The notes: generated from the letters alone by a model not told the origin. DNA of 64,000 nt from Octopus sinensis (GCF_006345805.1 NC_043018.1:9796001-9860000), one strand, 5' to 3'; counted from the stretch's first letter, positions 37,596-51,125 are shown. Translations and numbers: made by a program.

Positions 37596-37812
37596 ATGCT
37601 ATCACATTAAAATATTTTAAAATAATCTCACTGTCCCAGGTTCAATTCCAGCACTATCCACACCACTATACCTCACTGTGGGTCACATTTAGAATTCTCC
37701 TTTTTTTTTTTTCTTCCTTGTTTCTGATACTCTCTAATTTAATCTTGTATTCCCAAACTCCCTATTTGCAATTTGTGTTTAAGTTCTCCTTACCATAATC
37801 TCACCTTAATCC

Positions 37813-38019
37813 TTAATCCTTCAGCTTTGGAACTGGCTGGTTTATGTTCAAACTGGCCAGATCTGGCCGCTCACACTTACACTACAATGTCATTCTAAAA
37901 ATAAAAACTATCACATTGTTGAAATCTCGAAGCTTCGAGATAACGCATGGTTAATTTCCAAACAATATAAATAAATAAGCATCAGATTTGACAGAATAAT
38001 CTGAATGCTAAAGGGTTAA
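37813..38019. mobile_element. piggyBac-type MITE family F
   Basis: Ends gctaaagggTTAA; related copies about 3555-3800, 4370-4845 (clustered), 20650-20866, 24802-25022. Confidence 0.65.
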
Positions 38020-40134
38020 ACCTCACAAATATCTACTCCCTACCTTAATAATCCTTTAACATTTGTATACTCCCTATCTTAACTTACCTAATACACATCA
38101 CCTAAGCCTCACCTTCAAATACTCCCTACTTTAAATTTCACATTTGTGAAGCCTTGAAGGGTTTTTAGTCACACAAACAGTGTATGAACAAACACACACC
38201 TTACATTCATGTACTCCTTACCTTAAACTCACAGTTGTATACTCCGTCTTAATCTTCTAATACTTATTACCTAAACCTTACCATCTAATACTCACTCACT
38301 CACATTCCTACACTCCCTAAACATCCCTTTGTATCCTCCCTACCTTTCACCTGCATTCAAGTACCACATGCCCCATAAATCTTAAATTCTGATACTGCAT
38401 ACCTGAATATCATGTTCCTACATGTTCCATATTAAATGGCCCCTTCATCACAATAGTTTATTTAGCAAACTCCTGAAACACCCAGTTCCTAATATATTCT
38501 ATATTTCTATCAAAAATAAGAATTGACCATTTCCTACACTTCCAAGAAGTTGTGGGTCACCAGGTCTTGACCTTTGAACTTTGGATGGAATGGCAAGTTC
38601 AGGGTATGTCATAAGGTCATGACCTCATCACTTCCTGTCATCTAAAGATATACAAAACAACTGTTTGTTCTCTCTCAACCTCATTAAATATTCAGTTCAA
38701 ATGTTCAGTTCTTTCTCTCTTCCTGATTTCCTGTCATGGTTGGCAGAATAACATTTGATGTCCTATTTCTCAATGTACAATTCACAAATAAAGAAAAAAG
38801 AAAAGTTGACTGAAACAATAAAGTTTTCTGTCTCCTCTGAGTCAACCTTGGTTACCTCTTGTTATATTTATCTCCAAAGATGGCAAGCTGGCAGAATCAT
38901 TAGCACACCAGGCAAACTGCTTAACAGGACTTCATCTGTCTTTACGTCCTGAGTTCAAATTCTGCCAGGGATCAATTTTGCCTTTCATCCTTTCGGGGTT
39001 GATAAAATAAGTACCAGTTGAGTACTGGGGGTCGATTTAATCGACTGGCCCTCTCCCCCAAAATTCCAGGCCTTGTGCCTATAGTAGAAACAATTATATT
39101 TATCCCCACTGCTTGGCCCATGGTTGCCTTCAGTGAAGTTTGCTCTGTTGTAAGTATTGAGACTAGGCTCCTGGCAGGAGTTAATGAAGACCTTGGGGAT
39201 ATGCCAACACCCTTTATAATTTCCCTAGATGCTACAAACTAAAGCTTAACATTCCCTTCCCTTTAATATTTGTGGACCCTGACCCAACTCAGATCTTACA
39301 CATTACCCATCCTTATTAACACACAAACTCAACATTCTATTACTCATTGAGTAACAATTCTCTCTCAAACCCAATCAATATTCCATCTCTGCTATCCAGA
39401 CCACACACTCTTCTGAAATTCCACTCTGAATGGTGATGTCTAACACCATATGAAGATTCCCCATTCCTCACCGTTCCCCTTTCTTGTCTATCAGCAAGAA
39501 ACACTTCTAGTTATTCTAACTTAGCAGTTCAGCAAAAGAGACTAATAGAGTACCAGGCTCTTAAAAAATAAATCATGGGGTTATAAACCACACACACACA
39601 CACACTCAACAGGTTTTGTGCAGTTTCCACCTATCAAACTCACTCACTGGGCATTGGTCAGCCTAGGGCTATAGTAGAAGACACCTCTGCCAAGGCACTG
39701 CTTGAAGTGGTAACTGAACCCAAAACCACTTGGTTGCAAAATGAACCACCACAACAATTTTAAAGAACCTGAATAACAAAATTGACCTCAGCAAGATTTG
39801 AACTCAGAGTGTAGGGTTCTAGAACAGAACACCACAAGTCATTGTATCCACCACTCTAACGACTTTACCAGTTCACCCCACATCTAATAATGTTTTGGGA
39901 CCCCAAAATGGTCTCACTATTAACTTTACCATTTTTAACTGATTCCAAAGAATATATTTTGTATTATTTTTTGTTTTTTTTATAGAAATAATTGAAAAGA
40001 TTTCTGTCTTTGTATTTTCTTTTGTTTTTGAAGGTCTGCAAATACCAATTTGATTTTTTGTTCTGAGATCTTTATTTCATATTTGACTTTATTCTTTATT
40101 TCTGTAACTTTGCCCCCCTCCCTTGTTTCTTCAG

Positions 40135-40307
40135 CTCTTTCAACACCAACTGGCGGCTAAACATTCCTTGTACTATTCCACCACAAGACTTGGCCGTAAT
40201 CTTAAAGACCGCTGCACCAAAAGCGATCAAGATCGAGATATTCTTCAAGCAATGTTGGACCAACTGAAAAACAAGTGGAACCTTGTTCGATCTGTTGTCT
40301 CTAAAAG
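40135..40307 (+). CDS. MACF1/DST: Spectraplakin exon 14 (LFQHQLAAKH...KNKWNLVRSVVSK), phase 0-2
   Basis: Long pyrimidine tract + CAG, AG|GTAAGA donor; follows a 13.3-kb intron. Confidence 0.93.
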
Positions 40308-43300
40308 GTAAGACATTTAAAAAAGCTGTGATAAGACATGTCATATGATGTGTCATAATATCATTTTATTTGGTCTTAAGTATCTAGTACATTATTCACT
40401 TGGTGTTTTCTTTTACAGGTTTTTTTTTTCTTTTTCATATGACAACCCATAGCTTATTATTGCTGTCTTGCCTTAAAGGTATTGTTAGCTGATTCCTTGC
40501 AACCTGTACATGATAAACTGTTACCTATTGTTACATTGAATGTAGCCCTTATACAATAGCCTATAGCCTATTGTTGAGAGAATTTATTGTTGGTAGCCTA
40601 TTGTTAGTTGATAGCTTGCAAATTCAAGCTATTGCTAACTTGTAGCCTGCAGCTTTTCCTTGCATTACAGTTTGTAACCTATTGCTGCTTTCAGCCTATT
40701 CTTACACAATAGGCTGTAGTTTCTTGTTGACGATAACAATAATTTTATTGGAGCGGAAATAACCATGACTCCTCCTGTTAACGCTGCCTACCCTCTGATC
40801 TGTGCCATGAAGCAGAGAAACACTTACTTCAGAGGAGACATACAAACAGCCTGACCCAACACCTGTTCTTAGAGGACATTGACTAGTTTTATTTCAGCCC
40901 ATCATCACCACCACATTTCCAGGTCATGTCCAAAATGAAGAGTTTTTTTTTACCATTTTTATATCCAAAGCAAAGAGCATGTGTCAGTTATAGGGTGTTA
41001 CTCAAGGAACAAAAGATACATAATACGTAACTAATTACCGATATAGTGTCACTAGATGACCATTAGGGAGAACATCTAAGTACCAACATACTAGATGACT
41101 TAGATTATTTAACTACCAATATATTGTCACTAGATGACTGCTAGAGAGGACTTCAACAACCAATATAGTGCTACCTAGACTAATTGATTAGATTTCCAAT
41201 AATCTTCAATATTATATTGACAATATCTGTTTAGATTTACTCTCTAATTTCATAACCTTGATGATAAATTAATTGGTTTCTCTCAGAAATGTCTAGTACA
41301 CATTTCTTGTTATCATTTCCATGATTCTCATTACCGTTTCCATATTTCTTTTGTTCCATTCTTCAATTGAAATCTGCGACAGTTTTATACAATTAAGATC
41401 CTTTTCTCCATTGATTTGTCCGTCGTTGGTAATTAAACCGCCTTTTATGTTGTCATAAACACACTTGAAATTACTTTGAGACCGCAATTTAATGCAGATC
41501 GGATCTGTATATGAAACGATGACGGCTGTTTAAGACTGGTTCACACAATGTGTTATGAATATTTATAAACAAGCTGACAATAACAGCAACAGAAATAAAC
41601 CTGTGAAGCAAAGCTTTCAGCAAAACAAAACCCAGATTCTTTATTGTTAGTACATATTGTTGTTATATTGTATATACGTATGTTGTTTACTGCATTGTGC
41701 TTTGTAACAAAGTATGTGTGTGTGTGTGTGTGTGTGAGAGACTGCTGCTCGTTATTAGGTATATAGATGAATGAAATGATTAGGATAGTTTCAATGGAAT
41801 ATATTTCTCTGTTAATGTGTTTAATTCTTGATAAACCAGTCGTAATCTATAATGTTGTGGAATTTTTGTGAGCAGATAGTTTCCCACTAAGAGGACTCCG
41901 TGTAGTCAGCTGGGAAAAACTGCAGGAAAAGAATGAACTGAAATGTTAGAAACGTGTTAAACAATGAGAATCTTTTGATGGGGGAAGGTTTTATGGTGGA
42001 GTGGTTATGGTGTTGCTCTTGCGGTTCGTAGGATTCAATTCTCAGATCGGACATTGTGTTCTCAAGCAAGGTACTTCATTTCACATTGCCTCTGTAAACT
42101 CAGCTGAAAATGAACAGCTGTGGCATCTGGGGATGAGGGTGGGGAGCAGTGGTGGGGGTTTAATTCTGTGACAGACTAGTGTCCTTTACAGGGGTGGTGG
42201 TAGTGGTGGTGGTGGAGTTTTAGACCTTTGATCTGGATTCCTTGTTATCTGAATAAGCCTCAAAGGAAATATCTTTTGATGTTGAGTTGTGAAAAAAAAT
42301 TTCTGGTAAGAAATCTGTTTCCTAACCACTTGGTTCCAGGTTTCAGTCCCACCGTGTGGTCGCAGTCTAATGACTGAAACACGTAAATGAACACAGACAC
42401 ACACACATGCATCTTTTATTCTTTTATCTGTTTCAGTCATTTGACTGCATCCATGCTGGAGCACCACCTTGAAGGGTTCTAGTCGAATAAATTGACCCCT
42501 GGGACTTTTTTAAAGCCTAGCACATATTCTGTCGGTCACTTTCACCAAGTCATGAGGATGTAACCATACCAACACCGATTTTCAAGTAGTGAGAGAGGAC
42601 AAAAACACACACACATACACAACGGGCTTCTGTCTACAAATCCATTCACAAGGCTTTCGTTGGTCTGAGGCTATAGTAAAAGACACCTGCTTAAGCAAGT
42701 TTCTTACCACTCAGTCATGCCTGCACCTATATATGAAGACACTTGTTGAAGGTGCTTGGAACTTGAATTTAATATCGCAAGTTGTGAGACTGATTCTGTT
42801 TCAGTTTCAGAACCTGACAATCAAAAAAAAAAAAAGTCCATCTCCTCTACAACCTGTATCGAGCACTCTCTGCATTGTCCAACACAAACCAATAGTATGT
42901 GTGTGTTTGTGAGAGAGGGAGAGCTGCAAAAATGAAGTGAGTCAGTCATAATAACGAAGGAGAGGAGAAAAGGAACGAGAGAAGGAGAGTAAAGAGGGAC
43001 GACTTTTCAAATCTGCAACATGTAGTTTGTAAATGGGGGAGAGAAATTCTTTGTCAAAGAAGAAATGGTTCTGCTTTGAACTGCCGAACGAAGACAACCA
43101 TTTGTCACCAAAACTAAATTCAAGGGTAGATTGGAATTGGGAAAGTTGAAGAAATGCTGCAAAGCGACTCTAAGGGACACGGGATCAAATCGAAGCAAAG
43201 ATCCCGGTAAAAAGAATAACGACAATTCAAGCTTGAAGCAGAAAATGAACAATCGCTGAGCTGAAGCCAGAATAAACCCCATCATTTTTGATGGGTACTA

Positions 43301-44699
43301 CACCATTAGAGAGAAAGAGAGAGAAGGGGAGGGATCGAGCTAAAAAGCTTTGGACAGCCTTGTAAGGGTTCAACCATGCGTTTATGGAGTGTCTTTGCGG
43401 TAGGTGACTGCCATCTGTCTGCCCACTAACTCGTGGATTACGTGTGCTCCGTAGGAATGTTCGTTCCTCCTTTCAAAACTAAATATTAAATGAATGCGTG
43501 TGGCAGGAAGAGGAGAGAGAAATATTTTAAATATCAAGGACTTAGAAAGCCTTCATTAAGCACAGTCTTTTGCACAACAACTTCGTTGTATTCTCTCTTA
43601 CACACCTTTGTTCTCTCTCTCCCTCTCTTACACCTTTCTTCTCTCTCTTACAAATCCTCTCTCTCGCGCACAGACCTCTCTCTGACACACACCTTTCTTC
43701 TCTCTCCCTCTCTCTTACAAATCCTCTCTCTCTCGCACAGACCTCTCTCTGTCACACACACACACAGCGACATTTCTATATAAACTAGTTTAGCTAGATT
43801 TTACAAGCTGACAGACAAGATCTGTCCAACTTGATGTTTAATATCATCAAGTTGTTTACTTTCTAGTTAATCAAAGCAGAAAAGGAAAAAAAAGGAAGAA
43901 AAAAAAAGGAAGGTAAAAAGCCGTCATAATGACACAGCTTGCCAAATATGGTAGTCCTTACCTACTGGCCATAATAACGTATGATGACTGACAAATGCGG
44001 GCTGTTGCTTTCTCCCCTCCTCTGCACCCTTTTCCACCACACATCACCCTCACCTCTCTCTCTCTCTCTCTCTCACTTCACATTCTTTTCCACCCGCTTT
44101 CCCCCTCTCTCCCTTTATCTATTTCCTCTATCACCTGCCCTTCCTTTGCTTAACCTGTTGCCCCGTTCAATAGAAAGATACCTGTTATTACGAGTCCCTA
44201 CTAAAGAGATAGATAGATAGGTATATAGATAGATTGATAGATAGGTATATATGTTTCTTTATTAGCCACACAGGGCTGCACACAGACAGAACAAATTACA
44301 AGGTAGAGCTTTTCTTTTGGGGGTAAAAAAAAGGGGTTGGTTTTCGATCAAAAGGGATCGTAAAAGGAAAGAAAGATAGATAGATAGATCTTCTACTCTG
44401 TTGCTTCACCTGTTAGACATAGCAGCCAAATTACTTGCAATCTCAGTATTTTTTTATTTATTAAGATAAAAAGGGCATCGTACATAATGGCAGTCTTTGA
44501 TATATATATACTCCCTAAAAGATCTTTTCTAATCCTTATTTTAGCCCGCGTAATACTAGTTGATAGGGCGTAAATAAATATTTCTCCTGAACTTTTTAGA
44601 GGATGGTTACAGGTGGAACACTTTTAATCAATGGTCAACTTTATCAAGACTAATCAACAACTCTATAAGCAAACAGTTGGGGGCTGGCGGCTATTCATT

Positions 44700-44997
44700 T
44701 AGCTTGCTAAACAGCATAAAGTTTTTGGTACACTAACTCGTCTTAGCTGGACAGGTTAGTGTCTGTGTGTGAGTGTGAGTGAGAGAGAGAGAGAGAGTGA
44801 GAGTGAAAGATCGCAGTGAGTGAGTGACATTTCTCCATTGCTTTTACCTGTGATTGTATGTAAAGGTGTAAGAGGGCGGTAAGGTAGACGACGTCGCCGG
44901 AGGAGAAGACACCGCCGCCGCCATCATCATCATCATCACCATCGCCACATAGTTGCCGCTTTTAATATTCTCTCTCCTTCTCTCGGGGAAAAAAGTT
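44700..44997 (+). promoter_or_regulatory. Candidate internal promoter / 5'UTR
   Basis: (GT)/(GA) tracts, local CpG enrichment (gacgacgtcgccgg, ccgccgccgcc), (CAT)n, no SINEs; upstream of the candidate first exon. Confidence 0.45.
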
Positions 44998-45077
44998 ATG
45001 GATGACGGCAGTTACCCTACCAGCAACTCTGCAGATTACGAATTCCTCGTTTGGCCGAATGTCGACACAAGTTATAG
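44998..45077 (+). CDS. Candidate alternative first coding exon (MDDGSYPTSNSADYEFLVWPNVDTSY), phase 2
   Basis: ATG-initiated 26 codons + AG|GTAAAG donor, in phase with exon 15; preceded by CpG-rich, TE-free sequence. Confidence 0.65.
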
Positions 45078-47669
45078 GTAAAGATTAAAAAAAACAAACA
45101 AAACAAATACACACACGGGTAAAAAAAAAAAAAAACATCAAACAATGGCTTTTAATAATTAGTAGCAATTAATTATAACGAGAAGACACTAATACAAAAC
45201 TTTCTTCTAATCTTTTTTGATTACTAATTTCCGTCTATTAAACTGTTTTGGTTCGCATTCCTCTCTCTCTCACTTTTTACTGTTACGGAAGTATTTTATT
45301 TTATTTTAAAATCTATTTATCGATGTTTTATTTAAAAAAAATGTTAACCGTTCTTTAAAAAGTAACATCTGGTTTATATATATATAAACTTTTAATTAAA
45401 TATGAATTAAAATCTCAAGCAAAAACGTCCTGGAAACTTTCGACGTTCGCTTTTTAATTAAACAAGGTCATTGTTTTATACTTCCTAAATATTTATTTAA
45501 TTTAATAAATATATATCCTTAATTACATCAGTGTAATTAAGCAATCTCGGCTTTCACAACTTTCCACAGAGTTTCTCAATAAACTTTGGTTATTATAGTC
45601 TAAAGTTAAATTCACTCCTACCTGAAATTAACAACCTCTCAGACCCACGTTAAAACGATCCCAAGTGAATTTCGATATATAGAATGCCTTTATTTCTTGA
45701 TGTTTTTTCGCTTCCTATCTTTCAAATATTTTCTAATCCTTATTTTAGCCCGCGTAATACTAATTGGTAGGGCGTAAATAAATATTTCTCCTGAACTTTT
45801 CGTTGTAAAAACACTAAAATGGCGATGTCATTTTTGTCAATACAGGTGACCCGTTTCTCATTAACAGGTGTAACAACTCTTCAGCTTTTTCTCTAGCACT
45901 ATTGGAATTTCTGCTTAATTTAGCTCTACTAACCTGTCGTTATTTCTTTATAAAGCATCTCTGATTATATAATACGTGTGCATGTATGTGTGTGTGTGTA
46001 TATATATATATATGTATATATATTAAAGAATAAGTGTTTCGTTGTTTTAATTATAGTTGTTGTTGTTTAACCCTAGGTCAGTCCGGAACAAGTAAATTTA
46101 CGATTAAAGACATTCCACTCGTGACTGTCCGGTTTCCTTTTCAGGCATAGTCCATCTAGGACTACTTTATTCAGTGTGTCCTTGTTTATTCTCAGCTCAG
46201 TCTGATCAATCATGTCTATGATTAAAGGCGTTCCATCTGTGGCATTTCCGTATTTTCTCCACCCCCATCGCATAATATATCCCATGTCTTGTTTAACCCC
46301 TTAGTCAACACTGACCCGACACACAAACATAGGGCCATCATTAAGGACAGTCCGTCCGTGACCATCGGGTCTCTTCCATAGACAGAACTACTTTATCAGA
46401 CGTATTCTTCTATATATCTTTTCAAAGACGGAAGAATATAAGGAGATTTTGCTGCTATTTCTATGAAGCCAGATGACTTAATTGTAGTTCACCCTGTCAT
46501 TTCAGTGAAAACTCATTGTCAGTGTGTGTGTGTGTTGACATTCCAGCAAACAGTACTTGTATGACAATAAAACTACACACCTCATCAATCAGTTTAACAA
46601 CTCACAAACTATTTATCAGGTTACACACATCTACATACCTTCCTATCTATCTCTCTCTCTTTCTGATCAGTAGTTGACATTCAGTACAGTGCAGTTTCAT
46701 TAACTTTCTACCTGAGTACCTACCTGGGCCTTCCTTCTGACTATTTCTATTGCTACCGTACACACACACACACACACACACATACCATTGTCACTTTGTT
46801 TTAAAAAAACTCTCTAATGTTGTTATTGTTTATCTTGGCTGCTAGAAATATTTAACTTCCGATTACCTGAACATGTACCTGATCTACAACTGCTACACGC
46901 ATGCAACAAACACGCACTCTCAAACCTTGACAAATATAGAGGGTAGTTTGTCAGGGTATTCACTACCCTGGCCCAGCCCTGCTCTCTTTTCCTCCTCTCC
47001 CTATACTGTACACCCTCTTTCATTCCTACTGCAGGTAGCTGCTTCTCTATTCCTACACCGTGTGCTATTTTCTCCAAGTTACACACTGTATATCCCCTTC
47101 TCAAATTCCTGTTATATGTCCCCCTTTTTTCTGACCCCCTAATGTGCTCGGTATTTTTTCACCCCTACTATGTATACCTTCTTCTCCAAATTCTACATTG
47201 TGAAACCCTTTCTTACATTCCTACAATGCTCCTCACATCTCCCAGCCCCTCCTGCTCCATAATATGCTCTCCTTTCCCCAACCTTGCAATATGCACTTTC
47301 TCTATTCAGTTCCGTAGAACGCACTCCCTTTCTACGTCTTTCCAGCCATCACCCTTTTTACTGCAGCTGAAAAATACAGTTGAAGAACCACAGTCATTAT
47401 AAAGTATATCACAGACCAAATCAGTTATTTCTCAGAATTTGAAATGTTTTGAGTGAAATAATGTGAAATGTCATAACAGCCCACAATTCTCTCCTCTCCT
47501 GCCCTTCGTCTTTCTCACTTCTCAGAATGATCTCATCTGTTGTCTTTATTGCACCGTGTAACATGATTTTTGTCCTTGGGCAGTGACTGTTATTTCCAAT
47601 TTGCTGTCCCCTAGAAAGTATGAAAAATGGCTAATATTTCTTTCAGCCTTTGCTTTTGATCTGATATTT

Positions 47670-48053
47670 ATTCAAACCCCAAAGAATCCCTCTCAACACA
47701 TGGCTATGATGCTCCTCATTCAAACCCCAAAGGATCCCTCTCAACACATGGCTATAATGCTCCTTATTCAAACCCCAAAGGATCCCTCTCAACAAATGGC
47801 TATCATGCTCCTCATTCAAACCCCAAAGGATCCCTCTCAACACATGGCTATGATGCTCCTCATTCAAACCCCAAAGGGTCCCTCTCAATACATGGCTATA
47901 ATGCTCCTCATTCAAACCCCAAAGGATCCCTCTCAATACATGGCTATAATGCTCCTCTTTCAAACCCCAAAGGATCCCTCTCAACACATGGCTATGATGC
48001 TCCTCTTTCAAACCCCAAAGGATCCCTCTCAACACATGGCTATAATGCTCCTC
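47670..48053. repeat. 48-bp minisatellite, 8 copies
   Basis: Unit attcaaaccccaaaggatccctctcaacacatggctataatgctcctc. Confidence 0.95.
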
Positions 48054-48681
48054 TGCTACCCCTGCTCATGATTAGGTGGTCAAGGTCAAGCAACTGATAA
48101 GCAAATCTGTGGTGTTGAGCAAGAATATTTGCTATAACAACATTTCTGAACTTCAGCAACTCAGGTACTGAACCTGTCTGAAATGTAATGGAAAATTGGT
48201 CAGTTTCAAAACCTTGATGTCCAGGTCCCAAAAACACAGTTTGAAGGGAATTCTTGTCATTTCCTTTGATTTCTAGATAGAAACAATTGGAAATAACATT
48301 TACTGACCAAAGATGAAAAAAACGAAAGCTAAAACAAAAAATTTGTAACAGTGTTATTTAAGTTGTTCAGGATTTACCTGGTGCCCCACAGGTATAACAT
48401 ACAATGTATTTGTATATATGGTTTTATATGTCTGAATAGATGTATGTATGTGTGTGTGTGTATTCTTTTACTTGTCACAGTCATTTGACTGTGGCCATGC
48501 TGGAACTCCACCTTGAAGGGTTTTAGCTGAACAAAATTGACTCCAAAAAAACTTTTCTTTTTAAGCCCAGTACTTATTCTATCAGTCTCTTTTACTGTAC
48601 CACTAAGTTACAGGGATGTAAACACACCAACACCAGTTGTTAAGCAGTAATGGGGTCAATCACAGACACACAGAAACATGC

Positions 48682-48724
<43 letters not shown>

Positions 48725-49098
48725 GAGCTTCTTTCAGTTTCTATCTGTCGGATCTCAAAACGTTTTGGTCAACCTGAAGCTATAGTAGATGCCCTAGGCG
48801 CCACATAGTAGGACTGAACCCAGAACCATGTGGTTGAGAAGCAAGCTTCTTATCACACAGCCATGCCTGCACATATTATATTCTTTTATTACTTGTTTCA
48901 GTCATTTGACTGCGGCCATGCTGGAGCACCGCCTTTAGTTGAAGAAATCAATGCGAAGACTTATTCTTTGTAAGCTTATTACTTATTCTATCGGTCTTTA
49001 TTGCCGAACCGCATAGTTATGGGGACATAGACATACCCGCATCAGTTTTCAAGCGATGGTCGGGGGACAAATACGGGGACACACACACACACACATGC

Positions 49099-49139
<41 letters not shown>

Positions 49140-49439
49140 TGACGGGCTTTCAGTTTCCGTCTACCAAATCCACTCAAAAGGCTTTGGTTGGTCCAGAGCT
49201 ACAATAGAAGACAGTTGCTTTTAAGGTCCCACACAGTGGGACTTGAACCCAAAGCAGCATGGTTTGCAAAGGGAACTTCTTAAGCAACACTGTTATGTCT
49301 TTAGAATATTTCATTTTTGGATTTGGCTTGGAAAAATTCTTGACATGAACTTGTGTGTTGAAACAAATTTTGTTGTATCTTGGGTGGATCATTATGCCAA
49401 AATAAACACAGACACTGATTCAGTTTCACTTCTTTATTA

Positions 49440-49565
49440 TTAGTCAGTTGGTTAGTTATTTAACCAATCAAGAAATCAAAAGGACTTTGACAGGCAACTG
49501 ATTGTTTGACTGATTAAGCATTCAACCAATTCGTTAGTTGGTTAAATAACTGACCAATTGACTAA
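49440..49565. mobile_element. Small ~125-bp MITE-like element
   Basis: ~28-bp terminal inverted repeats with 2 mismatches (ttagtcagttggttagttatttaaccaa / ttggttaaataactgaccaattgactaa); TA dinucleotides near both ends. Confidence 0.55.
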
Positions 49566-50340
49566 GAATTAGGACGTGAAATTGAACCAGTGCTGCGTGT
49601 TTATTATTAGTGTAATTGACTGTCTCAAGATATATCAAAATAAGCTTATATATCAAATTACAGGAACAGTAAAATAATATGGCTAGAGAGAGCAGAGATT
49701 TGTGTTTTTTTTTGTTTATTTTTAAGTAAAGGCTTTCTTCAAGGTTGAAATAACTGGGTTAAGTAGGACATGACAAAAGTTTTCCATCCTCTGTGTTTGA
49801 GTGATTGGTTGCAGCTGATGGGGAACATAAAATGATTCTCAAGAAGAATTTTGTCTGAAACATTCTCTACAGCAATGTCACTACTGTTTCTCCTCATTTT
49901 TATCAAATAACACAAGTCTTGCCAACATTGACCACTAGTGGACTTCTTGGGACTTTGTTCTCTGCAGAGATGTGTGTAATAAAAACAGGGTCTGATGAAA
50001 CTAGTGATTAATCTGCAATTTACAAAACTTGTATAATGAAACTTGTGGTGATAAGAGAGTCCCTGATGAGAAAGAAAACTTTTCTTCTTTCCTCTTTTTC
50101 CTTTCTTTTTTCTTGTAACTTTCCACCTCTCTTTCCTCTCACCAATCCACATCAGCTTTTCACTTCTTGTTGTCATAACATTCACCTCTTTCCTACAATT
50201 TGAAGTCGAGCAATTCTGTCAGTCAATCTCTCTCTTTGATCTTTAATTACTTTTTTTTTCAGGTTTGAAAATTTCTCTTCACTTCTTTTACTCTTATGCT
50301 CTCCCTTCCTTACTCTCCTTCCTTTTACATATGTCTATAT

Positions 50341-50631
50341 GTGTGTGTATATATATATATTTTTTTATTCTGTACTTCCGGCTTCACTATTCTTTACAAC
50401 TCACATCCGTGGTGAGTTAACTTGGAAATTCAAAGCGACAGTGTAACCATCATCTAATTATGGTATTCTTGGCTAGCTAAGAAATGTGTGTGTGTATATA
50501 TATATATTTTTTTATTCTGTACTTCCGGCTTCACTATTCTTTACAACTCACATCCGTGGTGAGTTAACTTGGAAATTCAAAGCGACAGTGTAACCATCAT
50601 CTAATTATGGTATTCTTGGCTAGCTAAGAAA

Positions 50632-50660
<29 letters not shown>
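50341..50660. repeat. 147-bp tandem duplication bounded by (GT)n(AT)n
   Basis: tgtacttccgg at 50371 and 50518 with identical downstream sequence. Confidence 0.92.
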
Positions 50661-50662
<2 letters not shown>

Positions 50663-51125
50663 TTAAATAATAAGGGTGAAAAATTGAGTATTAATTTGAT
50701 TAATATCAATTTAAAACCAATGGCCTAGCACACACACACACACACACACATATAACCCATGCTGGCATGGGTTGTGTGTGTGTGTGTGTGTGCATTTGGT
50801 TGGGAAGCAAACTTCTTGATTATAAAATCATGCCTTCTTCGCCCCCCCTCCCCCTACATACACTTGGTGTTGTTGTGTGGTCCTTCGTGTTGCCCCAAAA
50901 CATTAAGTATTCCTTCGTCAGAGAGATTTAATTGGGTTTGGAAATGGTTGGTATTTTTTTTTGTGTGTATTTTCTTTGTATTTCATAGATTGTGGAATCT
51001 GCCGAATTCTACTTGGTGAAATTATTGATTACTAGTTAATTAATTAATTTTACCCTTTGTTATTATTGATATATATATATATATATATATAATTATTATA
51101 TATATATATATATATATATAATTAT

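Larger units (their letters stand above)
44525..45800. repeat. 72-bp direct repeats flanking the candidate first exon
   Basis: 44525-44596 and 45729-45800 differ at 2 positions. Confidence 0.9.

Noticed and set aside
38614-38625. AGGTCATGACCT nuclear-receptor palindrome (IR0)
   Set aside because: Single 12-mer with no supporting context; cannot be distinguished from chance or a repeat remnant
39120-39470. Possible reverse transcriptase remnants on the minus strand
   Set aside because: Motif similarity needs several frameshifts; too weak without a profile search
47583-48071. 162-aa repeat ORF; CRISPR-like appearance of the 48-bp and 30-bp arrays
   Set aside because: Head-to-tail repeats without unique spacers, in a eukaryotic intron, with no cas genes
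49992-50005. CTGATGAAACTAGT hammerhead-like string
   Set aside because: No stem II and no stem I pairing; may be chance
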